Below are positions 53,523-63,996 of a DNA stretch of 64,000 bases, one piece after another. The stretch is from a virus. Its lineage: Duplodnaviria > Caudoviricetes. The notes below the pieces were generated by a model. That model ran no database searches. It was not told the origin of the DNA and saw only the letters and a program-made list of their open reading frames with translations. The stretch covers positions 1-64,000 of the IMG/VR virus record IMGVR_UViG_3300017791_000207, one strand, 5' to 3'. The translations under genes were made by a program, and so were the position numbers. Numbering within the stretch: the stretch's first letter is position 1; every line of letters starts with the position of its first letter.

Positions 53523-56340
53523 TGTATAAATTTTTTACATAATAATTCCATCCACTCCATTCCATATAAACGCGCGGTTCTCTTGGTACGATAGGGTTGT
53601 AAGGAAGATTTTTGAAATCTCTAATATTTTTTACTTTATTCACTAATAGATATTTAATAAAATCTTCGTAATTTAATTTAACATATCTTATTTTACTTGG
53701 AAAGAAATCCTCTTTATTATATTCTTTATAAAATCTATTAGGGTAAAGAGGTAAAATATTTTTTGGAAATTCTATGTTTAATGAACCTTCTTTCCACTTT
53801 CTATATTGTCTAATACTTGATATAATTCCATTATGCTTCTTATTTACTTCAATTATAGTTTTCTTAGCATCTTCATAAGAAATATATTTTAATTCTTGTA
53901 ACTTTTTCCAATTCCATTTACCTTTATAAACCGAATAAGGGTTTTGTGGAATATAAGGAGGATAATTGTCCTTTCTTTTTTCATGAGTGTTACAATCTAA
54001 AATTTCATTTCTTACAAACCATTTAATAGCTTCTTCAAATGATAAAAATCCTTCTTTATAGTTTAAAAATTCGTGCCATCTAAATTTAACACCATACCTT
54101 TTTTCAGGATCTTTTGGAAGATTTGGGGGAAAATCATTTTTTAAAGTCCATTTTTTATATTGTCTAAATGTTTTAATGTTTGAATGATTCTCTAAAATAT
54201 ATTTTTTAGCTACTGGATAACTATAAATCTCAGGTTTGAAAATGTTTTTCCAACCAGGCCAATCTCTATAATATTCTCGTGGATATCGAGGACAACGATA
54301 ATTTTTTATTTTTAAATATTCTTTCTCTGTATAAATCTGTTCTCTTTTTAAGTATGTTTTTAGTTCTTCTAATGTATAAAACTTACTTCCTTTTATGAAA
54401 CTAAATTTAAACACTTCTTTAAAATCAAAAACTTTTAATTTATTACCAGAATATTCCAAAAACTCAATATTTCCCTTAAAAGTACTATTATTAGGCTTGG
54501 CCTTAAAAGAGGTTATTCTTCCATCTTGTGTTTCTAATGCATTCAGTACTTCGATTAACTTTTCATAATCTTCTGATTCTGAGGGAATTATTACATATCC
54601 TCGTTTTTTATTAGGATACTTACGAATGCATCTGCCCACTGATTGTACAATATCAATTTTACTTTTCTTGGGATAACCATATAAAACAGCATCCGTATTC
54701 CTTACATCCATTCCTTCCTGAAAGCAATTTACCGAGGATATAACTGCCTTTTCAGCGTTTACAAAATTACCATATTGATTTTCATATAAAAATTCTGTTT
54801 GTTTAGAATTAATAGTAGAAGTATTGTAATCTAAACCATGAATCTTTTGAAATTTGTCATAGACTTCTATAAATAACTCGGCTTCATGAATAGTGGGATG
54901 ATAAGTTATTATCTTTTTGATACCATATTTCTGTATTGATTTAATGAGTGCCAACGCAGAAACTAAAATTCGAGTCTTAATACCTAACTTAATATTTTTA
55001 TCAAGGAAAAATTCTTCATTTATTTCCAATATATTCCTTACTTCTTCAGATTTAAAACCTATACTAAGTATTTTATAATCTAAGACTATTTTGTTTTGAA
55101 TCATTTCGGGTAATGAAATATTGGATATAGTTTCTCCAAATTTTTCATTATTCATCCCTATACCCTCATTAAGAAAGATTTTTTCAGTAGCTGTTAAAAA
55201 TAGGGCTTTCTCATATTTAGTAGAAGTAACTGCCGAAAGATACTTCTTATTTTCAGGTCCTGCTATTCTATGAGCTTCATCAAAAATTGCTAATTGAAAA
55301 TCAGGAAATTTATTAATGATGGATTCAAAACTTTTTAGAGTTGTAAATACTACAATATTAGCAGTCTTACTTATTCCTTGTATAGCTTCCATTTGCTTTT
55401 CTACAGAAGATGCAAGTAATGCAATTTTATTACTTTTAAGAGGTTTTTGAAATAATGAACCAAAGGCATAAAACCTGTGGTTAGGTAAAGAGTTCTTGAA
55501 AGCTTTTATTTGTTGATATAATAACATTCGGGAAGGGATAACTACTATCAGCCTTTTAATATCTAATTTCTTGACTATTTCAATAGCTGTATAGGTTTTA
55601 CCTGATCCACATGGATGTATTACCTTACCTCTGTTATTATCCTTAAAAAATTCTACTGCTTTATTTATGGTGCATGTTTGATGTTCCCACTCTTTAAATT
55701 TAGTAGTTGTCTGTTGATCTTTTGTTGGAATGACTTCCAATTTCCTTACAAGAGGTTTTTCATTTATAAGAGTTGGAATAATAGAACTAAAAGCATTTTC
55801 GATGTTATTTTTACTTAATTTAGTATCATCTTGAATGGTTTTTAGACAAATTTTCCCCTTTTGTAGAAGTGTGTAAACACCAATTAAGTTTTGAAGTGCT
55901 TTTTTGTCTTTCCCTTGGAGGTTAGTACCTTTATCAAAGGAGTAAGATTCACCACAGTTATTACAGTCATATCTTTTACCGCGCTGTATTACATTGGTGC
56001 TACTACATTTAATACAAGTTTTGTTATCTCCCCATATAATTTTCTCAAAATAATCATATACAAAGCTTTCAGTAGATGAAATACTCTCAATATCTTTTCC
56101 TTCAAGAGGTCTTTCAAACTTATCATAGGAATTTCTATCTTGAATATCATAAACCTTAAAATAAGATTTATATTTCTTTTTGAGTACTTCTAATATTTCC
56201 TCTTCTGTAAATTCTTTATCTTGTTCAGCTAAAAATAAATACAAATCAGAAATAAGATCATCTTTTTCAAAGAAGTTACTCTCAAAAGCACCATTTCTGA
56301 ATTGTTTATCTATTATTTCGGATATTGTATTATATTCCAT
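53509..56340 (-). CDS. Multidomain SF2 helicase: N-terminal helical region, Zn ribbon, DEAH helicase, five integrase-repeat-like units
   Basis: CIKC..CNNC; PCGSGKT, FDEAH, LTAT, EGMD, QSVGRCIR; five (Y/F).E(A)K....P..P..Y..W repeats. Confidence 0.8.
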   Translation of the reverse strand: MEYNTISEIIDKQFRNGAFESNFFEKDDLISDLYLFLAEQDKEFTEEEILEVLKKKYKSYFKVYDIQDRNSYDKFERPLEGKDIESISSTESFVYDYFEKIIWGDNKTCIKCSSTNVIQRGKRYDCNNCGESYSFDKGTNLQGKDKKALQNLIGVYTLLQKGKICLKTIQDDTKLSKNNIENAFSSIIPTLINEKPLVRKLEVIPTKDQQTTTKFKEWEHQTCTINKAVEFFKDNNRGKVIHPCGSGKTYTAIEIVKKLDIKRLIVVIPSRMLLYQQIKAFKNSLPNHRFYAFGSLFQKPLKSNKIALLASSVEKQMEAIQGISKTANIVVFTTLKSFESIINKFPDFQLAIFDEAHRIAGPENKKYLSAVTSTKYEKALFLTATEKIFLNEGIGMNNEKFGETISNISLPEMIQNKIVLDYKILSIGFKSEEVRNILEINEEFFLDKNIKLGIKTRILVSALALIKSIQKYGIKKIITYHPTIHEAELFIEVYDKFQKIHGLDYNTSTINSKQTEFLYENQYGNFVNAEKAVISSVNCFQEGMDVRNTDAVLYGYPKKSKIDIVQSVGRCIRKYPNKKRGYVIIPSESEDYEKLIEVLNALETQDGRITSFKAKPNNSTFKGNIEFLEYSGNKLKVFDFKEVFKFSFIKGSKFYTLEELKTYLKREQIYTEKEYLKIKNYRCPRYPREYYRDWPGWKNIFKPEIYSYPVAKKYILENHSNIKTFRQYKKWTLKNDFPPNLPKDPEKRYGVKFRWHEFLNYKEGFLSFEEAIKWFVRNEILDCNTHEKRKDNYPPYIPQNPYSVYKGKWNWKKLQELKYISYEDAKKTIIEVNKKHNGIISSIRQYRKWKEGSLNIEFPKNILPLYPNRFYKEYNKEDFFPSKIRYVKLNYEDFIKYLLVNKVKNIRDFKNLPYNPIVPREPRVYMEWSGWNYYVKNLYNETN

Positions 56341-56519
56341 TATATTCTAAATATTGTTTTGATTAAATTTTTAGTTGCCAAATCAGAAATAGTTTTAACT
56401 ACGCCTGATTGTTGTCTTTCTAAATTTTGAGTATATCTTTTCTTATACTCTTCTCGAACTTGTTCAGATTTTTTTAATGACCATTTTCCATGAACAAGAT
56501 ATTTGTCTATTGTATTCAT
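56340..56519 (-). CDS. 59-aa ORF coupled to both RT (ATGA) and helicase (TAATG)
   Basis: MNTIDKYLVHGKWSLKKSEQVREEYKKRY...KTIFRI; exact overlaps at both ends. Confidence 0.55.
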   Translation of the reverse strand: MNTIDKYLVHGKWSLKKSEQVREEYKKRYTQNLERQQSGVVKTISDLATKNLIKTIFRI

Positions 56520-57457
56520 TGTATTAAAAGTTTAGCTTCAAGATTCCTCGCGTTGGCATGACCAGTCCAACCAAGATAGGAAGCGATTGATGTTAATTTG
56601 TGCCTGTTTCTTCGGAAATTTTCTTTGATATATTTTCTTACTTTTACTTTATCCTGATCAATTACATAACCAAGGAAGTCCAAAGGTCTTTTATTGATAG
56701 GAAATACTTGTTTATTCGAGAGTTTCAATCTTAATTTTTTATCAAGGTAATCTTCAATCTCATTTTTCAAGTAATATAAATACTCTTTACTCTCATGAAA
56801 TATTACAATGTCATCGCAGTAGATAGCAAGATATTTTATTTTTATGACTTCTTTAAGGTAATGTGAGAATTCGTTAAGATAAACATTTCCAAACCACTGC
56901 GAGGTAAAATTACCAAGTACGCAGCCATGCTCGATAGAATCAATAATCAAATCTAACAACCACAATAAATCAGGATCTTTAAACTTACGTCTCAGAAAGC
57001 CTTTCAAAAGGTCGTGAGATAGTGATGGGTAAAATTTCTGAATATCCATCTTCAAAACATACTTAGTTCCTTTCCTATCTTTAAGATGTTTCTTAATGTC
57101 TTTCAAGCACTTATGGACTCCGCGCGATTTAAGGCAAGAATAGGTCTGAGAAATAAAACTATCTTTTAAAATATCTCCAATGACAAGTATTATCGCCCAT
57201 TGAACAACACGATCTTTAAATGGAAGCTTTGAAATAATTCTTTCTTTAGGCTCATAAATCTTGAATACGAAATACTCCGATAACTTATAGGTTCTTGTTA
57301 ATAATTCTTGCTGTAAGAGTCTCAAATTTTCACTTAAATTACTGTTCCATATCCTAACATCCTTCTTCTTTCTTTTGCCTTTCTGCGCCTTCTGAGAAGC
57401 CTTTATGAGGTTCTCCATACTCACTATCTTATAGAATAAATTTCCTTTTCTTTTCAT
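56516..57457 (-). CDS. DGR reverse transcriptase
   Basis: F.IYEPKER.I, FKDRVVQ, MDIQKFYPS, LGNFTSQ (DGR-type GxxxSQ), YCDD, DFLGY. Confidence 0.93.
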   Translation of the reverse strand: MKRKGNLFYKIVSMENLIKASQKAQKGKRKKKDVRIWNSNLSENLRLLQQELLTRTYKLSEYFVFKIYEPKERIISKLPFKDRVVQWAIILVIGDILKDSFISQTYSCLKSRGVHKCLKDIKKHLKDRKGTKYVLKMDIQKFYPSLSHDLLKGFLRRKFKDPDLLWLLDLIIDSIEHGCVLGNFTSQWFGNVYLNEFSHYLKEVIKIKYLAIYCDDIVIFHESKEYLYYLKNEIEDYLDKKLRLKLSNKQVFPINKRPLDFLGYVIDQDKVKVRKYIKENFRRNRHKLTSIASYLGWTGHANARNLEAKLLIQ

Positions 57458-57618
57458 TCTTTTATTTTATCACTCAACATCCCTGAGTGCTTATTACTAA
57501 GTCTCTTTCTACAATGATACTAAAGCCCGTTCAACTCATCTGTTTTTTACCACGGCTAGAAATGAGAAATATATTCTAACTTTATAGGTAGGGTCTAATT
57601 GTCTTTCTTTTTTATAAT

Positions 57619-57693
57619 AAACATACGTCTGAAGGAATCATCGTGTTGTTGTTCCAATTGTTGTTGTAGTTGACAACTCAGTCGTGATCAGAC
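57619..57693 (-). repeat. DGR template repeat (TR)
   Basis: Intergenic AAC-rich 75-mer; ungapped match to VR1 with 17 mismatches, all at TR adenines. Confidence 0.95.
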
Positions 57694-57751
57694 TTTGACT
57701 AAGGGGGTAGAATGTAGACACATTCAATTAGACCTTTTACTTGCTTTTATA

Positions 57752-58303
57752 CTACTCGTTTATCATTGAATAGTCATCATATATTTCAGGGAACATTTCA
57801 TATGCTTTTAAAGCTAATTTTGAAGATTTAAAACACACGCCCGAAGGAAGCAACGCGCCGTTGCTCCAATCGTAGCTGCAGTAGACAACCCAGCCGAGAT
57901 CAGACGAATAATACTTGTATGGAAAATATTTACCCATACTTGTATCTTTCCAAGTAAGCTCAGTTCCTCCATTCATTACTTCCGAAATAATCATCATCTT
58001 TTCAGATGCATTGATACTTTTTTGACGTGGGGTGAGTTTATTACCTTGGTAAGGAAGAACCAATTTATCTAGTCTTTCTTGAATGACAGACTTATCGATA
58101 TCTCCTGGTTCTTTAAGGTATTTCTTCAGAGTTTTAGTTTGTTCTTCGTTGGCAGCTTCAAACATTTCAGATACTTGTGCTTGTGTAAGTTCTGTATCTT
58201 CAAATAGAGAAGTCATTTTCTTGATTTTACTCTTCCAATCTTGACAAGCGATATCAAAAATGGCTTTCATACCTTCGTAAGGTACTTTTTGTGTGTTACT
58301 CAT
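57752..58303 (-). CDS. DGR target protein (about 183 aa)
   Basis: Contains VR1 (SDLGWVVYCSYDWSNGALLPSGVCF) near the C-terminus; ATG 58303 is the likely start. Confidence 0.88.
   Translation of the reverse strand: MSNTQKVPYEGMKAIFDIACQDWKSKIKKMTSLFEDTELTQAQVSEMFEAANEEQTKTLKKYLKEPGDIDKSVIQERLDKLVLPYQGNKLTPRQKSINASEKMMIISEVMNGGTELTWKDTSMGKYFPYKYYSSDLGWVVYCSYDWSNGALLPSGVCFKSSKLALKAYEMFPEIYDDYSMINE
57831..57905 (-). repeat. DGR variable repeat (VR1)
   Basis: 17 of 25 TR adenines substituted (12 A>G, 4 A>T, 1 A>C); no non-A mismatch. Confidence 0.95.
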
Positions 58304-58786
58304 GTGTTTTGTTTTACTGTTTATAAATATATAGATAATTGTTGATAACTTTATATACAAATCCTTTATAAAAAACAGACTTAGCATCAATTTCACTTAT
58401 CCTATAAAGAAACTCTAACCAAGCATCTTCTTCCTCTCCAAAATTAGCATCATCATAATCAGATAAACTAGGATGATCTAAAATTTCGGAGGCTCCTTCA
58501 GATAAGGTAAAGGAATTATACACCTCGTCTAAATTTTTAGCTTTTAATATTAACCTGTCTTCTATCATTCAAAATTTATTTAGGTCATTAATTGGAAAGT
58601 TAGTAAGGTGATCTTCAGGTATCTCAATTCGGTTGATACCTTGTGGTTGAGCGGGAATATTGGTTTTGATTGGCTCACCATAGAATAAGAAGTTCATTAT
58701 TTTGCGTATCATCAGTTTTTAGATTGAGACGATTATTAGTATTAATATTAACCAAATAAATATGTTGAGTAGTTTCAAGTAGAGTG

Positions 58787-58907
58787 CAAAGTTAAGTTGA
58801 TTATGTGAATATTAGTTGTTAAAAATTCGATAATTAAAAATTATGGTATTATAAAAACAAATATATGATAAAATTGATTGGAATGTGGAAAATTTACCAT
58901 AACTTTG
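58787..58907. promoter_or_regulatory. Divergent Bacteroidota-type promoters
   Basis: TAACTTTG on - strand (58787-58794) and on + strand (58900-58907) flanking an AT-rich spacer. Confidence 0.6.
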
Positions 58908-59290
58908 CGTATCTGAAGCACAGCATTCGGGCTAAAGTCATTCCATCGCTACTTTACAGAGAGCTTGCAGATGAAATCCTCCTCATCTTTGGAGAGGGTA
59001 CAGTTATACTTTTTTGGGAGAACCTTTATTAGTTTTTCTATACCATTGACTATTAGGAGTACGAAGTACAGAACACCCACAAGTCAAGAAGGAGTACGAA
59101 AGGAAACCTGTAAGTATAGAGTGCTAGACTAAAAGTGCGAAGCACAAAGGTTTAAACCATTAACTATACAACTAGAAACCAAAATAGTACTCAAATAGAG
59201 AATCAAGAGTGGAAATGTAAAATAGAGGAAACGATCAAGAATAAGTACGAAATATGAGGCGTTTTCTTGACATTTATCAAGATTATAATT
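58908..59290 (+). other. Long non-coding, hairpin-rich region (candidate ncRNA, leader or origin)
   Basis: About 380 nt without a long ORF; AGGAGTACGAA x2, GTGC-GAA-GCAC and GTAC-GAA-GTAC mini-hairpins, several stems. Confidence 0.4.
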
Positions 59291-59821
59291 ATGAATAAAT
59301 TGAAATATAAATCATACAGTAGCATTAAACCTTCTTTTGCAGAGGTTCAAATCATCCAACAATTAAAAGATAGAAATATCTTCTATGTTAGAGAAGTGTA
59401 TTTTTATGGTTGTACAAATCCTAAAACAGGTTGTGAGTTAAGGTTTGACTTTTATATTCCAAATAAAAATCTCATAATTGAGTATGATGGTAAGGATTTT
59501 CATGAAGATAATGATGTGCAATACAGAGATTCGGTTAAGAATAAGTTTGCTAAACTCAACAAGATAAAAGTTGTGAGAATCGAAGGTATTCAGAATATTA
59601 CTAAAGTATTAAACCAATATTTCAATTCTAAGAGCAAGCCTAAGTTCAAAAGTAAAAATACCAAAGCACAATCTTATGGTTTATCAAACAATCAAAAGAA
59701 ACGTCTAACTGAACTTTTACAGCTTCAAAAAGATAGTCCTTTAGAATTTTATGATATGCTGATGGATATTAGAAAAACAGAGAAAAGAGTGTATGCCGAA
59801 TTAAAGAGACAATTCCCTTAA
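59291..59821 (+). CDS. DUF559/Vsr-like endonuclease
   Basis: S.AE..I, E..F, LRFDFYIP, IIEYDG..H, RD..KN, VRI; the only credible + strand gene in this arm. Confidence 0.8.
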   Translation: MNKLKYKSYSSIKPSFAEVQIIQQLKDRNIFYVREVYFYGCTNPKTGCELRFDFYIPNKNLIIEYDGKDFHEDNDVQYRDSVKNKFAKLNKIKVVRIEGIQNITKVLNQYFNSKSKPKFKSKNTKAQSYGLSNNQKKRLTELLQLQKDSPLEFYDMLMDIRKTEKRVYAELKRQFP

Positions 59822-59850
59822 ATAAGAAGGAAGGGTGAAAATCTTATTAA

Positions 59851-62800
59851 TCATAAATTATCCTCAATCCATTCATTGACCATTTTCTCAAAATGTGGTA
59901 ATGCATACTCATCAATTCCGCAAGCATTCATGACATGTTGATCCCAACTTTGACAATCAGTTAATACCTTGGTAATTAATCCTTCTACTTCCTCCCTACT
60001 AAAGGTATCTTTCTGATACTTGATATTGATAAAATTATTTATTACTTGAAGGTCGACTGGGTTTGAGCACCAAATTTCTTTATCTTTATCGTACCAACCA
60101 TCGCTGTTAGAAGACCACTCCACCATTACATCTGTAATAGGTTTCTGCTCATTATAAGCCTTAATAAAGGTCTTGATAAACTCTTCGGGTATCAAAGGCA
60201 AGCCGAGGGTAGAATCTGTAGTAGCGATGATTTTTTTGAAATTAAGTGAATGACCTAATCCCATTCCACTTAAATCCACATGCTTACACACATTCATATA
60301 ATCATCGGTGATATAGTCACCTTCTTTAATAGGTTCACTTGATAAAATGTAAAGGTGCTGTTGCGAAAATCCGTTAGAATGAGGCACTCTCCTAACTGTA
60401 GGATATAGCTGTAATTGATCAATATTTCCCTCTTTAAGTAATACTAAGTTACTTTCCCTTTGGGTAGGTAACAAAACTACCTGACATTTCTTATACATAA
60501 TTAATGTTTGAATGATAAGTAAATGGTGTTATTGTTAACTGAATCACAAACCAAGGTATCACCTTTTTCGATGGCTTGATATTCTTCGGGTAAACAGAGA
60601 AATATATTTCTCCCTGAAATGCATTTTACTTTAGGTAAATCAACTTTAATCTTACTTTTCTCTTTAATCAGTAGAGATGTAAGCAAGCCTACAATAAGGC
60701 ATAAAATTAAGGCAAAGGTTTTCATATCAATACCAAATTAATTGATCAGATACTATTTCGTTTCCATACTCTGAAATGAAGTATTTAGCACCTTTGGGAA
60801 TATACATAATCACTATTTTTCTATTGTTAAATTGCGTCATAGATAAAGCTCTTCTTTTTGTGAGGCAAGCATGTAGACCTCTACTAATCTCTAATTCGAT
60901 ATAGTTAGACCAACGTTTTTTCATTCTAATATTAAAGGCTCTACCTGTCTGATAATAATGTTGCCCCTTTTCGAATTCAAAATACATAAATGGACTTTGA
61001 TTACGCTTAGTTAATACTTTATACACCTTTATATCTTTGTTGGCTATAAGAGGGTTATTTTTAGCGTGTAATGCCTCTTTATTTGTTGGGTAAGCTAAGG
61101 TGGTTAAACACATAGTAATTAGTTTAAAAAGATAAAGAATGATTTATGACAAATCCAAATACTACCAGGTTTATGAATTAAACCATTGATAAGAGGACAT
61201 TTAAGAATTGTTTGTACTATCGGAAAGGATAGCAGTATGTTTTGGTGTTTCATTGTTCAAAAACATTTTCAGGATTTTCGCGGATATACTTTGCAATTTC
61301 AGGCCATGTAACCCCATCATCATTCATGGAAGCAAGGGAATTGTGAATTTTTCCATTTATTAATACTTCAGTGCCGAGACTACCAACATTAGATTTTAAC
61401 CCAAAAAGGGAAGAGGAGTGTGTTAAGGTTCCTGTCCAAAATTTGTTATCCTCAATAAGACCTGAATTATTGAATAATTTGGATATCGGTTTATTTTCAA
61501 TCTCGTAACTACATAACAACAATTGCCCAAGGCAACAAGCTGTATATTTTTCAGGTGATCCGCTGCCAAGGACATCTTTTCCTTGTCGTTCAGGATGCTT
61601 TTCTAAGGTATCTAACCAAAGAAGCTGTAATGGTGTGAATTGATAGCACATAGTTTTATTTTTTAATGGTTAAATCAATAATATCCGTACCTTCTACTTC
61701 AAGGAATGAGATATATGTTTGTGTTTCCGTTTCAGTAATGTGAATTTTCGGGAAATAACGTTTCAAACCTTCGATATAAGCAGGAATCATCAACGGATCA
61801 ATAGGTAAAAGATCTTGTGCTACTTTACGTTTCTCTGTTTCAGTTATGTAACTGATTTGTATTTGATTGAGTGCCATAATGAAAAATGTATTTTTCTGAT
61901 ACTTGGAGTTTTAAAATTGTTCGTCTTCGCTCATTGCATAACCTTGGAACATCATAGACGCTTCATTATACGCATATTCAGCCATATAACTATGTTTGTT
62001 ATATTTGTGCAAAGACCTTAAGATATCTATTATTTGTCGACATTTCTGAACTTCTTTATCATGCTCATAACCATGCGTTTCTTCGCAATCTGACCCCATG
62101 TTTTGAAGTAAGACATATATCATAGTGTATTCGGGCATGTCAAAGTATTCCGACACTTGATGATAAACCTTATTGAAGTCTCTTAAATCCCTCTTGAATT
62201 GCTTTAGTGTTATAGGTTGCATGATTATTTGTTTTGAGTGTTATACCATTTGATAAACTCTACTACTGCATTGTAAGTAACTTGTATTTTAGAATCGCCA
62301 TTTGCAGGTATATCCACAATTTGTACCCATTTTACAGGATCTTTCTTCATTATAGAGACCTCTTCTTCAAATATAACCACTTGAAAGGCATTTCCACACT
62401 CCATATATGGTAAGTTCTCTATCTTTTCAACTACAGGCATTAACCAATCCCATGAATTGTGATAGAGTTTGTAATTAGCATCAATGTAGACATCATTTCT
62501 ATGCCCTATTGCATATAAATCATCCTTCGCGCTGAAAACAATTGCTTCGTAATCATCGCCCATAAATTCAGCAATCAGTTTATTATCTTCCATCTTATTA
62601 AGGTTTTACAGGTTTAGAAATATCAATTAAAGAACCTTCCCACACATTACCATTAAGGTACCAAACACCCTTTCTTTGGCTAATAGATAAACCAGGAATC
62701 CCGTTTAATCGTTCTTTGGTAGTATTACTTTCCCAACCTGCATTTGTTATGGAAATGATATTTTCGGGATCATTGTATTTATAGTCAATCTCATTACCAT

Positions 62801-63996
62801 GCAAGGACATTACTGTTACATTTGGTAGTACTTTAACCTCTGTATTAGAAGATTTAAAGTTTTGGCCTTGTATAAAGGCATTGACAGCATTTTGTGTTAT
62901 CTTTATCATGATATGTTATATTTAGTTCTTTTAACTCTTGAAGAAATTGTTCTTTCATGACCTTTTATTTTAAGGATAAAATATTGGCAATTAGTTGTTA
63001 AAAATGCCAATTATTAGTTGGTGCGATATAGGTAATAATCACATGCATTTACAGTTTGTTCAATTTCAATACCATCATAAGTGGCTAATTGAGAACCGCG
63101 ACCATCATAACTACAATCTTTTGCAAATGCCTCTCTATCAAAGTAATTATGGTATTGGTCAGGTATTCCAGATAAAATACAAGCGTCAATAAATGAATCT
63201 ATTGATTCTTCCCATGCGTTTTCGGCCTCTGATTCGTCTAAAATCAAGTATCTTTCATTACCATAGGTATATAAATCATCAGTTACTTCTACTTCATTCT
63301 CAAAATCAATATAACCGTCTTGCTCAACAATCCACTCACTTACATCTAATGGTGTAACATCTTCGTTTAAATCTACATAAACATCGTAATCGGCCTGAGT
63401 AGCACCAAAATACAAAGTCTCATTATCATCCTCAATATAAGGAATGTCTAAATGTTGTGCTAATGCTAAAAGTTTATTCGTTTCCATAATAGTATGTTTT
63501 TGTAAAGGGAGAAATATATTTCTCTGAGATGGTGTAAAGATAATAAGGTGATTAATACAGTTGAGTTATTGAAATGTTAAAGGTATTTTTCAAATTGTGC
63601 CTTATCGAGGGAATACGCATTAATTATATCCCTTAGTCTATTATATCCACATATAGTTAACCCCGTATAATCCCAATTATCATAATTATCATGTAATTTC
63701 TGACAATCTCTAATAAATTCAGATTCAAAAAGCTTTAGCCAGTCAGGTAATAAGTCTGAATAATTTTTTAGGATGAGGGATACATCCGCACCATATGGAT
63801 TTATAGCATCAGCCATCATCTGATTTTCAGGTGTCATATGGCGACCTATCATGCAACCTTCCGATATACCCTCCTTTGTTGCATTTACAGGTGAATATTT
63901 ACAAAGACCCTTGTTAACACAAAGTCTATTTGTATCAGTAGTATAATAATCAAGTGCATCTAATAAGAATGCCTCCTTAGTCTCAAATGTTTTCAT
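59851..63996 (-). other. Cluster of small hypothetical early-type phage genes (59851..60498, 60501..60725, 60727..61113, 61250..61651, 61656..61877, 61911..62222, 62225..62593, 62598..62909, 63014..63487, 63577..63996)
   Basis: Tightly packed co-oriented 70-215 aa ORFs with A-rich start contexts; no recognisable motifs. Confidence 0.6.

Larger units (their letters stand above)
56516..58303 (-). mobile_element. Diversity-generating retroelement cassette (target-TR-RT)
   Basis: RT, TR and VR with adenine-specific divergence lie within 1.8 kb. Confidence 0.93.

Noticed and set aside
56516-57457. RT as group II intron, retron or Abi-type RT
   Set aside because: GxxxSQ motif, small size and a TR/VR pair with adenine-only mismatches identify a DGR.
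59055-59251. CRISPR-like mini-array from AGTACGAA repeats
   Set aside because: Repeats are only 8-11 nt, irregularly spaced, and no cas gene is present.
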